Part shown: positions 36,728 through 51,142 of the stretch, piece after piece
Numbering within the stretch: the first letter of the stretch is position 1
How the letters are laid out: the number at the start of each line of letters is the position of its first letter
The notes under the pieces: model-generated
Databases searched by the model: none
What the model was told of the DNA's origin: nothing
The model's input: only the letters and a program-made list of their open reading frames with translations
Assembly (NCBI GenBank): GCA_963785725.1
Contig: CAWAWS010000024.1
Coordinates: 96,001-160,000 of the forward strand
Direction of reading: 5' to 3'
From: an uncultured delta proteobacterium
Lineage (GTDB): Bacteria; Myxococcota_A; Polyangia; Palsa-1104
Length of the DNA stretch: 64,000 bases
Program-made: the position numbers and the translations under genes

Positions 36728-37624
36728 CTAATCCAGCTCGGTCAGCGTCCGCGCCACGACCGCCGCGATCGTCCGCTGCGTCTTGGCCCGCACCCGCTGC
36801 CCATCGACCGACAGCGACAGGCGATCGCGCACGTCCCAGCCGCGCACGCGCACCTCGGCCAGCTCGCCACGCGCCACGTGCGCCGCGGCTGCGATCGCCG
36901 GGCCGAAGATGAGCTGCCCCGTTTCGCGCGCCAAATCGAGCCCGACGACGAGCGTCTGCGACTGATGCCCGAGCCGGCGCCGACTGTGCGACAGCGGGCA
37001 GCCGTCGTCGGCGGGCACGAACTGGCCGTTGACGTTGTAGATCGGTGTGACGAACGGAATCTCCTGCAGCTTGCGCTGATCGACCGGCCCCGGACCGAGT
37101 GAGCGCACGAGCTCGGGCGGACCGTAAAGCGCCTTGCGCACGTGGCCGACCGAGAGGTTGACCCAGGCGCCCGGCAGCTGCTCGTCACCGACGATCAATG
37201 CCAGATCGAAGAAGTTCTCGACGGCATACGCGCGCACGAGCGCCGGCGGCAGCTCGAGGCCGCGCAAGCGCGCACCGGTCAGCGCGGCGGCGATGCGCGG
37301 CAGGAAGATCACGTTCAAATAGGACGGCGCCGCCAGCGCCAGCTCCTCTTCCGCGCCCGGCTGCGGCCTGAGCTGCGTCAAGCGCGCGGCGACCTCTTCC
37401 AGCTGCGGAATGATGCGCTGGCCGTCGTCGCTGACGAGCACGCCGCGCGTCGAGCGCGCCAAGAGCTGCACGCCGAGCTGCCGCTCCAGCCGATGCACCG
37501 CCTTCGAGACCTGCGACGGCGTCACCTTCAACGCCCGCGCCGCGCCGGTGATGGCGCCGCAGCGATGAACCGTCAAGAAGGTGATGAGATCGCCGAAGCG
37601 GAGATCGCCCATCCCCTCCTTCAC
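36728..37624 (-). CDS. LysR-family transcriptional regulator
   Basis: HTH AITGAARALKVTPSQVSKAVHRLERQLGVQLLARSTR. Confidence 0.9.
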   Translation of the reverse strand: MKEGMGDLRFGDLITFLTVHRCGAITGAARALKVTPSQVSKAVHRLERQLGVQLLARSTRGVLVSDDGQRIIPQLEEVAARLTQLRPQPGAEEELALAAPSYLNVIFLPRIAAALTGARLRGLELPPALVRAYAVENFFDLALIVGDEQLPGAWVNLSVGHVRKALYGPPELVRSLGPGPVDQRKLQEIPFVTPIYNVNGQFVPADDGCPLSHSRRRLGHQSQTLVVGLDLARETGQLIFGPAIAAAAHVARGELAEVRVRGWDVRDRLSLSVDGQRVRAKTQRTIAAVVARTLTELD

Positions 37625-38707
37625 CGCTTGCCCTCGACACGATCGATCGCCGTCTGCAGGTCGGCTTCGCTGTGGACGCCGCGCAGCACCGTCGCCACTT
37701 TGCCTTCGCCGTCGAGCAACACCGTATGCGGGATGGTCTGGACTTGATACGCGACCGAGATCGAGCCGTCGTCGAGCGCCACCGGCATGTGCAGGCCGAG
37801 CTCGCGCGCGGCTTTGGCGGCGGCGTCGCGATCGCCCTCGGTGTTCACGGCGTACAAACGCGTCGCGTGGCCGGGCTGTTTCAGGCGCTCGGCGATGCGC
37901 TCGACGCCCGGCAATTCACCGCGACAAGGCCCGCACCACGAGGCCCAAAAGACGAGCGCGACGGGATGGCCGTGCTCGGCCGCGAGGTGCAGCGTGCCGC
38001 CGTCGAGCAGCGGCGCCGAGAAGTCGGGGGCGAGCGCGCCCGGTTTGGTCGTGACGTGAGCCACGCTGCTCCAGTTGCGCTGAAGCTGCCAAGCGTTCAG
38101 CGCGCCGAGCACAACCAGCGCGGCGACGAGCGCGCGGCCGGCCCAGCGGCTCACGGAGGGCGATGGCGCGCTAGCGGTTGCGCTCGACGAGGCTGCCGCT
38201 GACGGCGGTCGGCGCGCGGCATCGACGGCCAGCGCCCACACGACGACGGCCCACGCGACCGCGATGCCGGTGACGATCTGCCGCACCAGCTGCGACGGCG
38301 CGTGGCCGACCGCGCTGTAGGCCAGCGAGCCGGCCACTTGCACGCTCAGATACGGCACCCACGCGTAGGCCGCGAGATCGGCCGAGCGACCATGACCGCG
38401 CGCGCCCTTGGGCACGAACAGCGACATCATCGATCCCCGCCAGCAACACGCCGAGCACGTCGGGGAGCAGCTGCTGGAACGTGCCCATCAAGCCGAAGAG
38501 GCCGGCGTCGAGGCCCGCTTCGACGCCGAGCACGAACGCGCGGGCGATGAGCGGCAGCCAGCCGGCGACGAGCCAGCCGCACATGAGGAGCGCGATGTCG
38601 CCGGCCCGCGCTTCGCCGTCGGCCAGCCGCGCCAAAGTCGCCCGCGGCGCGACGAGCACGCCGCCGACGCGCGCGGCAAACCCGAGCCGCGCCACCCCGC
38701 CGCTCAT
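37621..38707 (-). CDS. Membrane protein (Yip1-like N-terminus) fused to a TlpA-family thioredoxin; +1 indel near 38431
   Basis: GVLVAPRATL N-terminus and TMs, then APDFSAPLLDG and FWASWCGPC. ATG overlaps the upstream TGA. Confidence 0.7.
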
Positions 38708-39846
38708 GCGTTGCGCTGCGACAACATCTGCTTGGCCGCCGTCCCCAGCGCCGAGGGAATGCCCTTGGAACGCGACAGCGCCTTCAGATCTTTGACGCTC
38801 AGGTGCGGCAAGAAGCGCATCGAGATCGGCAGCGGACATTTCGGATTATTGACCAACGCTACTTTGATGCCGTAGAGGCGCACCCATTGTCGCGCGTTGG
38901 CGATGAATCGGATGATGTCGTCGTCGAGCCCGCGATTGCCGGCATAACGCAAGGCTTCCATGTCGTTGACGCCGGGCGAGCGAATGGCCGCCATCGCAAC
39001 TTGTTTATTCTTGTCGCGAATGAGCACGGCGCGCGCGAACGAGTTGCCGAGCGTCGCCAGCCGAATCTTGCCCGCCGGCGACAGCTCGGAGATCTTGAGC
39101 GTCTTCTCTTCATCGGGGCTTTCGGCCGCGAGCTCGGCGGCGGCGGCGTCGGCTTCGGCTTGCGCCAAGGCCTCCGCTTCGTCGACGGCGACCAGCTGCA
39201 GGCCCGCCGACGCGTCGACGGCGACGGTCGCCGCGGCCGCGAACTTCGCGTCCTCTTCCGGCGAAATCGTAGGCGCGCCGCCCGACTGCTCGATCGCCTT
39301 GGCCGCTTCGTCGAACGCCGCGATGCCCTCGACGCGCACGTTGTTGCGCACGGCCAGCTCGAGCGCGCGCTGCGCCGTCGACATGCGCGTCTTCGGGTTG
39401 AGATAGAGCGCCGCGATGATCGCCGGATGGCGCAAGAGGCGCTCCTCGTTCTTGGCGATCATCTCCAGGCCCGTGTCGTCAACCAGCGTCGCCAGGTGGC
39501 GGAACGTCTCGTCGTCGGCGGCGCGGTTGAGCAAGAGACGCTCGAGCAGCGCCGGCTTTTGAAACACCCGGCGCGCGAAAAAATCCAAGACGCGCGGGTC
39601 GAGCGGCTCGCCGAGCGCGCCGCCCAAGATCTTCTCCGGCAGCTCCACCGCGGTCTTGAACGCCGCCGACCTCACCGCTTCGTCTTCCGCGAACGACAGC
39701 TGATAGAGCGCGACCGCCAAGTCGCCGGGCGGCATGGGCGCGAGGCCGCGCGCGGCCATCAAACGCAGCGGCGCCGGCGCTTTGGGCCCGACGGCGCGCT
39801 CGACGCCGGGCGGCAGCTGCGTCAGCGGCGTCAGCTCTAACGCCAC
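38704..39846 (-). CDS. Helical-repeat hypothetical protein
   Basis: 380 aa with good codon usage; KIRLATLGN...LIRDKNKQVAMAAIRSP...ALVNNPKCP. Confidence 0.75.
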   Translation of the reverse strand: MALELTPLTQLPPGVERAVGPKAPAPLRLMAARGLAPMPPGDLAVALYQLSFAEDEAVRSAAFKTAVELPEKILGGALGEPLDPRVLDFFARRVFQKPALLERLLLNRAADDETFRHLATLVDDTGLEMIAKNEERLLRHPAIIAALYLNPKTRMSTAQRALELAVRNNVRVEGIAAFDEAAKAIEQSGGAPTISPEEDAKFAAAATVAVDASAGLQLVAVDEAEALAQAEADAAAAELAAESPDEEKTLKISELSPAGKIRLATLGNSFARAVLIRDKNKQVAMAAIRSPGVNDMEALRYAGNRGLDDDIIRFIANARQWVRLYGIKVALVNNPKCPLPISMRFLPHLSVKDLKALSRSKGIPSALGTAAKQMLSQRNA

Positions 39847-39850
39847 GTCG

Positions 39851-40627
39851 TCACCGATTGCGCTCCCACAAGATCCCGAGGCCGTTCAAGGTCAACATCT
39901 CGTCGGTGTGCTGGATGGTCTTGGAGTCGCTGGCGATGAGCGGCGCCAAGCCGCCGGTGGCGACGACGGTGCACGGAAAGTCGACGGCGGCGCGCATGCG
40001 CGTGACGATCTCGTCGGTGAGGCCGACGTAGCCGTAGAAGAGGCCAGCCTGCATCGAGTTGACGGTGTTCTTGCCGATGACCGAAGGCGGCCGCATGAAC
40101 TCGACTTTGGGCAGCTTGGCGGCGGCTTGATAGAGCGCGTCGGCCGACGTCGTGATGCCGGTCGCGATGGCGCCGCCGGCGTATTCGCCCTTCGGCGTCA
40201 CCAGATCGAACGTCGTGGCCGTGCCGAAGTCGACGACGATGCAGCCCGACTTGAAGCGCTCGAACGCCGCGATGGAGTTGACGATGCGATCGGCGCCGAC
40301 CTCTTTCGGGTTGTCGATCAAGATCGGCATGCCCGTCTTGATGCCGGGTCCGACGATGAACGGCTTCGTATGTAAATATTGTTCGAAGAAGCCCGTGAGC
40401 GCGAACAGCGCCGAGGGCACCACCGTCGAGACGATGCCGCCGTCGAGCTTCCACGGCAAGCCGGCCAACTGCGCCAGCTCGTGCAGCGTCGCCGCGTATT
40501 CGTCGGCGGTGCGGCGCGCGCGCGTCTCCAGCCGCCAATGCGCGCGCAAGGCGCCGGCGCGTCCGCCTTCCGCGGAGAACACGCCGACCACGGTGTTGGT
40601 GTTGCCCACGTCGACCACGAGGAGCAT
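39851..40627 (-). CDS. coaX: Type III pantothenate kinase
   Basis: VDVGNTNT, GADR, VDFGTATTFD and VATGG. Confidence 0.95.
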   Translation of the reverse strand: MLLVVDVGNTNTVVGVFSAEGGRAGALRAHWRLETRARRTADEYAATLHELAQLAGLPWKLDGGIVSTVVPSALFALTGFFEQYLHTKPFIVGPGIKTGMPILIDNPKEVGADRIVNSIAAFERFKSGCIVVDFGTATTFDLVTPKGEYAGGAIATGITTSADALYQAAAKLPKVEFMRPPSVIGKNTVNSMQAGLFYGYVGLTDEIVTRMRAAVDFPCTVVATGGLAPLIASDSKTIQHTDEMLTLNGLGILWERNR

Positions 40628-40731
40628 GCGGCGGTAAGCGTAACATGGCGGCGCGGCACAATCAGCGGGCGGCGCGCCGACGTCTTTTGCGCCCGTTAGT
40701 TTTGCGCGGTCGCTTGCGTTATCATGGACGA

Positions 40732-41286
40732 GTGGTCGAACCGGCAGTCTCGTGGGCGACGTCGTTCCTGTCGCTGCGCCAGTTCGTCGACGAGACCTAC
40801 GGCGCCGGCTCGTTTCGGCGGCTGCGCGAGGCGCTGAAGCAGCAGCACGACATCGAGCTCCCGCAGCCGATCGTGCTCGGCACCTGGCTGCCGACGCTGC
40901 ATCTCGTGACCGCGCAGGCGACGGCGCACGAGCTCTTCGGCCCGCCCGATTTTCACGCGCGCCTCGGCTGGGCCGCCGCCGCCTACGAGCTGACGTGGCT
41001 GCAGCGGCTGGCGATGCGCTTTACGTCGCCGCAGTTCTTCCTCGAGCGCGGCGCGCAACATTGGCGCGGCCGGCACAGCTCGGGCACGTGGACGTATGAC
41101 TCGCGGCCGCACTGGATTCGCGGCACGCTGCGCGACTTCGCCGTCGTCGACGCCGGCTTTTGCGCCATGATGCGCGCCTGGCTCACGCACGCCTGCGTCA
41201 TGACCGGCGCCGGCAAGGCCTACGTCGTCGAGCGCGAGTGCCGCGCCAAAGGCGCCGACGCCTGCATCTTCGAAGGCAGCTGGTGA
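40732..41286 (+). CDS. V4R-like domain hypothetical protein
   Basis: C-terminal ERECRAKGADACIF. Start uncertain. Confidence 0.55.
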   Translation: MVEPAVSWATSFLSLRQFVDETYGAGSFRRLREALKQQHDIELPQPIVLGTWLPTLHLVTAQATAHELFGPPDFHARLGWAAAAYELTWLQRLAMRFTSPQFFLERGAQHWRGRHSSGTWTYDSRPHWIRGTLRDFAVVDAGFCAMMRAWLTHACVMTGAGKAYVVERECRAKGADACIFEGSW

Positions 41287-41322
41287 CACGAGGCCCCGGC
41301 TCGCGTTAAAATTCCGCCGCCC

Positions 41323-42918
41323 ATGGCGCTCGCCGGCCACGCCAGTCCCAGTCGCAAGACGCTGCTCTATCCGCTGCTGTTTCTCGGCGGGATCGCGCTG
41401 GCCGTGTTCCTCGGTCTCTATCTGATCGATTGGTATATTTTAAAGCCACACGAGAATCCGATTCGCATTCTCTTCGATTTCGACGTCGATACGCTGCAGA
41501 ACGCGCTCGGCAACATGGCGCAGGTCGTCGCCGCCATTCTCGGCATCGTCATCACCGTCGTCTCGATCGTCGTGCAGTTGGCGGCGACGCGCTATACGCC
41601 GCGCATCGCCGATATGTTCTTTCGCGATCGCACGAACCTCGGCGTGCTCGGCTTCTTCGTCGTCGCCTGCATCAACGCCGTGTGGGTCTCGGTCTCGGTC
41701 ACCAAGGACTTTTTGCCGCGCGTCTCGATCATCTTTACGATGCTATTGGTGACGTCATCGCTATTGATGATGGTCCCCTATTTCGCTTACGTGTTCGCCT
41801 TCCTCGATCCCGATCGCGTCGTCGGTCGCATCCAGGAACAGGCGGTGCAAAGCGCGATCGGCCAAGGTTCGCGCGTCGCCGTCGCCGGCGACATCAACGA
41901 GCGGCAGCACAAAGCGCTCACCGGCGTCGAGCAGCTGTCCGATATCGCCATCAATGCCACGTCGCAAAAGGACAAGGCGATCGCGTCGGGCTCGGTCGAT
42001 GCCATCAAAGACTTGGCGACGACCTATCTAAGACAAAAGAAGCGCGTGCCCGAGGATTGGTTTCATATCGGTCCCGCCATTCGCCAGAACCCCGACTTCG
42101 TCTCATTGGCGGTGGAATCGATCGAGGATATCGACAAGAAAAAGATTTGGCTCGAATACAAGATACTGCGGCAATACCAAGCGATATACAGCGAGTCCTT
42201 GGGGCAAATGCCGGACTTGAATTATCTCATCGCCATCAATACCCGTTACATCGGCGAAGCGGCGCTCGCTGCCAGCGACGGTGAAGCGCTGTCGTTGGCG
42301 GTGAAGTTCTTCAATACCTATTTGCGCGCCACCTTGAATGCGCAGAATGTTCGTACCGCTTACAATATCTTGAATCAATATCGCCAGCTGGCCGAGCGCG
42401 CGCTGGAGATGAAGCAGACGGCGCTGGTCTCCGATATCGCGTTCTTCTTCAAATACTATGCGCAGATTGCCCATAACTTCGATTTGGGCTTCGTGACCGA
42501 GACGGTCGCTTACGACTTGGCGACGCTGTGCGAGCGCGCCTTCGATACGCACGCGCCGTCGCACGATACGGTGTTGCGCCTGCTGCTCGAGGTCGATAAA
42601 GAGCCGGAGAGCCAAGCGCAGGAGAAGTCGTTGCGCGGCGTGCGGAAAGCGCAAGCCAAGCTGGCGAGCTTTTATTTGGTGGCCAAGGACAAGCGCGGCG
42701 AAGCGTATGCGCGGCAGATTTACGAGGACATGCAGGACGAGCAGCCGGAGCGATTGCGCTCCATTTGCGACGAACTGTTACGAGTCGAATCGAAAGACTT
42801 CTGGGAAGTCATCGACCGCGGAACCAATTTCGATTATGTCGATGACACCCGTAAGGCGCAGCTCAAAGTGTTCTTTTCGTGGTTCCCGAGCCTCAATAAG
42901 GAGACGGTACATGCATAA
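41323..42918 (+). CDS. DUF2254-like membrane protein
   Basis: VSIVVQLAATRYTPRI motif, four TMs and a helical C-terminus. Confidence 0.75.
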   Translation: MALAGHASPSRKTLLYPLLFLGGIALAVFLGLYLIDWYILKPHENPIRILFDFDVDTLQNALGNMAQVVAAILGIVITVVSIVVQLAATRYTPRIADMFFRDRTNLGVLGFFVVACINAVWVSVSVTKDFLPRVSIIFTMLLVTSSLLMMVPYFAYVFAFLDPDRVVGRIQEQAVQSAIGQGSRVAVAGDINERQHKALTGVEQLSDIAINATSQKDKAIASGSVDAIKDLATTYLRQKKRVPEDWFHIGPAIRQNPDFVSLAVESIEDIDKKKIWLEYKILRQYQAIYSESLGQMPDLNYLIAINTRYIGEAALAASDGEALSLAVKFFNTYLRATLNAQNVRTAYNILNQYRQLAERALEMKQTALVSDIAFFFKYYAQIAHNFDLGFVTETVAYDLATLCERAFDTHAPSHDTVLRLLLEVDKEPESQAQEKSLRGVRKAQAKLASFYLVAKDKRGEAYARQIYEDMQDEQPERLRSICDELLRVESKDFWEVIDRGTNFDYVDDTRKAQLKVFFSWFPSLNKETVHA

Positions 42919-43594
42919 GATGATGCTTTCGATCTTGCTCGCCGGAGCAGTCGCTGGCGCGGTCGGGTGTGGTGGCGGCGGGGCCAAGTATCACGTCAAT
43001 GACAATGCCTTGGCGGGCGCGAGCGTGCAGGAAAAGCAGGGCGTCTTGGCGGCGCAACAAGAGAAGGAAGTGGCCAAGACCGAGCAGTCGAAGGCGGAGG
43101 CCGACTTGCGCGGCGTCGAGACCGAGCTCGACCTGGCGGAGAATGAATACAAGACGACGAAGCTGCAGCTCGACAGCGCCAAGCTGAGCCAAAAGGCGGT
43201 CGAGCAATCGGGCGACGTCACGAAGAAGCAGCAAGTCGCCAACGATACGCGGGTGGCGCAGTTGGGCGTGAAGTCGGCCGATTCGAAGGTCGACTGGCTC
43301 TCGAAGAAGCGCAAGTGGATCAAAGCGCAGCGCGACGCCGCCGACGCGCACTATGCGGCGGCCGACTCGCGGCTGGAGCTGGAGAAGGCGAAGCTGGCGC
43401 AGCAAAAAGGCATCAAGCCGTCGGATGATTTCAATCTCATGAACTTCGAGACCGACAATATGAAGAAGCAGCAGACGTATTCGGAAGCGCGCATGGACGC
43501 CGACAAGATGCAGGCCGACGTCGACCGGATGCAGCGCGATTACGAAGCACAAAAGAACCAGTTCGACACCGCCAAGTCCGCTTCCAGCCACTAA
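42911..43594 (+). CDS. Coiled-coil lipoprotein
   Basis: AVG-C lipobox; K/Q/E/A-rich heptads. Confidence 0.75.
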   Translation: MHKMMLSILLAGAVAGAVGCGGGGAKYHVNDNALAGASVQEKQGVLAAQQEKEVAKTEQSKAEADLRGVETELDLAENEYKTTKLQLDSAKLSQKAVEQSGDVTKKQQVANDTRVAQLGVKSADSKVDWLSKKRKWIKAQRDAADAHYAAADSRLELEKAKLAQQKGIKPSDDFNLMNFETDNMKKQQTYSEARMDADKMQADVDRMQRDYEAQKNQFDTAKSASSH

Positions 43595-43660
43595 GCTCCG
43601 CGCCTGCAATCCGCAGCGACGCCGCGGCGTCTTTCGTCACGCTTCTCGTCGCAAAATCGA

Positions 43661-43690
43661 TTGACGCAAGGTGCGACAAAACGGTACGCT
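43661..43690 (+). promoter_or_regulatory. sigma70-like promoter candidate
   Basis: TTGACG-N18-TACGCT upstream of the HD-GYP gene. Confidence 0.35.
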
Positions 43691-43755
43691 CGGGTTGCAT
43701 CAAACACTCGTCATCGTTAGTAGCCCTGTAACAAGGGAAATCACGCGAGAGGGGA

Positions 43756-45294
<1,539 letters not shown>

Positions 45295-45311
45295 CCGGCT
45301 AAGATGGTCGT

Positions 45312-45650
45312 ATGATTTCGCGGCGACAGTTTGCGCGGACGGCGGGAGCGGCGATTGCCGGCGCGGCGCTGTTGCCGCGCCCGGCCGTGGCGGACGACGC
45401 GCCGCGGACGACGACCGCGGCCGCGACCCATCCGGCCAAGAAGCTGGCCGCCGCGTCGCAAGCCGAAGCCGACGCCCGCGTGCAGCTGGTGCTGGCGCGC
45501 TACGGCTCGCGGCTCAAAGCCGACGCGCGCGCCGAGCTGACGCGCATGGCCCGCTCGCAACAGGAGCTGCTCGACGAGCTGCGCGCCTTCCCGCTCGATT
45601 ACGCCGACGAGCCGGCGCTGCAGTTTCGCGCGCCGCGGACGCATCGCTGA
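45312..45650 (+). CDS. Small Tat-signal protein, possibly a GatC/AtzG-like amidase partner
   Basis: SRRQFA twin-arginine signal; C-terminal LRAFPLDYADEPALQF. Confidence 0.6.
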   Translation: MISRRQFARTAGAAIAGAALLPRPAVADDAPRTTTAAATHPAKKLAAASQAEADARVQLVLARYGSRLKADARAELTRMARSQQELLDELRAFPLDYADEPALQFRAPRTHR

Positions 45651-47062
45651 TGGACGTCGGCCTCGACGTGCTCTTCGCCGGCGTGCACGAGCTGGCGGAG
45701 AAGCTGCGCACGCAAGCGCTGTCGCCGGTCGATCTGGCGACGGCCTATCTCGATCGCGCCGAGCAGCTCAACGACGAGAGCCACGCCTGGGTGACGATCA
45801 CGCGCGACCTGGCGCTGGCGCAGGCCCATCGCGCCGCCGACGAGATCGCCGCCGGCAACTGGCGCGGCCCGCTGCACGGCATTCCTTACGCCGCCAAAGA
45901 CCTGCTCGCCGTGCGCTGGTATCCGACGACGTGGGGCGCCGCGCCGCTGGCCAAGCAGAAATTCGCCGAGGACGCGGCCGTCATCCAACGGCTGACCGAA
46001 GCCGGCGCCGTCCTGCTCGGCAAAGCGGCGATGGTCGAGCTCGCCGGCGGCCTCGGCTATCGCTTCCCGACCGCTTCGGCCACCGGCGCCACGCGTAATC
46101 CTTGGGACAGTAAGCGCTGGAGCTGCGGCTCGTCGTCGGGCTCGGGCGCCATCGTCGCCTCCGGCCAAGCCGCCTTCGCCATCGGCAGCGAGACCTGGGG
46201 CTCGATCTTGTGCCCCGCCGCGCATTGCGGCGTCACCGGCTTGCGCCCGACGTACGGCCGCGTCAGCCGTCGCGGCGCCATGCCGCTATCGTACACGCTC
46301 GACAAGATCGGCCCGCTCGCCCGCTCCGCCGACGACTGCGCACTCATCCTGCATGCGCTCGCCGGCCACGACCCGCAGGACGAGAGCTCGCTGCCGCAAG
46401 CCGACGCCGCCTTCGCCTGGCCGCTGCCGCCCGACCAAGCGCGCAAGTCGCTGCGCATCGGCTGGGTCGCGCAGCAGTCCAAAGGCGCCGTCGCCGCCAT
46501 CGACGCCGCCTGCCGCGCCGCCGTCGAGGTCCTGCGCAAGAGCGGCTGCTCCGTCGAGCCCGTGACGCTGCCGGACGGGCCGTGGACGGCGGCGACGGTC
46601 GTCATCCTGCAAGCCGAAGCCGCGTCGTCGCTGCGCCCGCTCATCGCCTCGGGTCAAGTGGCCGAGCTCGCCGATCCGCTCGGTCGCATCGGCGGCTACC
46701 TCTACGAGACCGTCCCCGCCGCCGATTTCACGACGGCCCAGCGCGTTCGACTCGTGGCGCAGAAGAAGATGAGCGCGCTCTTCCAACGCTTCGACGTCTT
46801 GGCCGGCCCGGCGCGCGGCGAGACCGCCTTCGCCATCGACGCCAACCTCGAAGAGGCCGACGATCTGCCCGATCCGCTGGGCTGTCTCGGCAACTTGTGC
46901 GGGCTGCCGGCCATCAGCGTGCCTTGCGGCTTCGACAAGGGCTTGCCCATCGGCGTGCAGTTCGTCGGCAAAGCGCTCGACGAGCACGCCGTCGTCTTCG
47001 CCGGCAAGCAGCTGCAAGCGGCCAGCGACTGGCACAAGAAGCGCCCGCCCGAAGCCGGCTGA
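45650..47062 (+). CDS. Amidase-signature family enzyme
   Basis: PLHGIPYAAKD, GSSSGSG and GSETWGSILCPA; TGATG overlap with the upstream gene. Confidence 0.92.
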   Translation: MDVGLDVLFAGVHELAEKLRTQALSPVDLATAYLDRAEQLNDESHAWVTITRDLALAQAHRAADEIAAGNWRGPLHGIPYAAKDLLAVRWYPTTWGAAPLAKQKFAEDAAVIQRLTEAGAVLLGKAAMVELAGGLGYRFPTASATGATRNPWDSKRWSCGSSSGSGAIVASGQAAFAIGSETWGSILCPAAHCGVTGLRPTYGRVSRRGAMPLSYTLDKIGPLARSADDCALILHALAGHDPQDESSLPQADAAFAWPLPPDQARKSLRIGWVAQQSKGAVAAIDAACRAAVEVLRKSGCSVEPVTLPDGPWTAATVVILQAEAASSLRPLIASGQVAELADPLGRIGGYLYETVPAADFTTAQRVRLVAQKKMSALFQRFDVLAGPARGETAFAIDANLEEADDLPDPLGCLGNLCGLPAISVPCGFDKGLPIGVQFVGKALDEHAVVFAGKQLQAASDWHKKRPPEAG

Positions 47063-47160
47063 AACCGGCGTTTTCCGTCGAGAAAATCGCCACTTTTCGG
47101 GCGCGAAATTTGCGGCTCGTGAGCGTTCTGTAGCCGCGGAAATGTGCTAGAACGCTGCGC

Positions 47161-49838
<2,678 letters not shown>

Positions 49839-49842
<4 letters not shown>

Positions 49843-51136
49843 GCGAATCCAAGTCGAGACCGAAGTCGCACGCGCTGTTCGAGGCCGGCAAGCGCGTCAT
49901 TCCGGGCGGCGTCAACTCGCCCGTGCGCGCCTTCCGCGGCGTCGGCGGCGATCCGGTGTTCTTCGCGCGCGGCAAAGGCGCCTACGTCTGGGACGTCGAC
50001 GGCAACGAGTACGTCGATTACGTCGGCAGCTGGGGTCCGCTCATCGCCGGCCACGCGCATCCGGAGATCCTGGAGGCGATCGCCGAGGTCGCCGCCAGCG
50101 GCACCAGCTTCGGCGCGCCGACCGAGCGCGAGGTGCAGTTCGCCGCCGAGCTCATCTCGGCCGTGCCGTCGATGGAGATGGTGCGCCTCTGCTCGTCGGG
50201 CACCGAGGCGACGATGGCGGCGCTTGCGCGTCGCGCGCGGCTTCACCAGGCGCGACAAGATCGTCAAGATCGACGGCGGCTATCACGGCGCCAGCGACTG
50301 CCTGCTCGTCGCCGCCGGCTCGGGCGCGGCCACGCTCGGCATCCCCGGCTCGGCCGGCGTCACCGCCGGCACCGCCGCCGACACGCTCACCGTCGACTGG
50401 AACGACGAAGCGGCCATGCGCGCGCTCTTCGACGCCAATCCCGGCCAGATCGCCGCCGTCATCGTCGAGCCGGTGTGCGGCAACATGGGCTGCGTGCCGC
50501 CCAAAGCCGGCTACTTGCAGGCGCTGCGCAAGCTGACGCGCGAGCACGGCACCGTGCTCATCTTCGACGAAGTCATGACCGGCTTTCGCGTGGCGTACGG
50601 CGGCGCGCAGGCGTTCTACGGCGTCGAGCCCGACCTGACGACGCTGGGCAAGATCGTCGGCGGCGGCTTGCCGGTCGGCGCTTACGGCGGCAAGCGCGAC
50701 ATCATGTCCGTCATCGCGCCGCTCGGCCCCGTCTACCAAGCCGGCACGCTGTCGGGCAACCCGCTCGCCGTCGCCGCCGGCATGAAGATGCTGGAGATCA
50801 TGCGTCGCCCCGGCGCCTATGAAGCCATCGGCAAGACGACGCAGACGCTCGTCGAAGGCTTGGGCGCGCTCAGCCAAAGAATTCGGCATCCCGACGCACA
50901 CCAACGCCGTCGGCTCGATGTTCACCAGCTTCTTCACCAGCGAGCCGGTCTTCGACTACGCCAGCGCCAAGAAGTCGGACACGGCGCGCTTCGGCCGCTT
51001 CTTCCACACTATGCTCGACCACGGCGTGTACTTGGCGCCGTCGCAGTTCGAGGCCGCCTTCGTCTCGACCGCGCACGACGCCCGCGCCATCGAGCGCACG
51101 CTCGAGGCGGCCCGGCACGCGTTCGCCGCGCTGTAA
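49839..51136 (+). CDS. hemL: Glutamate-1-semialdehyde 2,1-aminomutase; +1 indels near 50223 and 50872
   Basis: [33 protein letters not shown] and APSQFE. Confidence 0.95.
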
Positions 51137-51142
51137 AAACGC

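Noticed and set aside
45650..47062. Calling the amidase gatA
   Set aside because: No gatB is nearby, the signature differs (GSETWGSI rather than GSDTGGSI), and the partner has a Tat signal.
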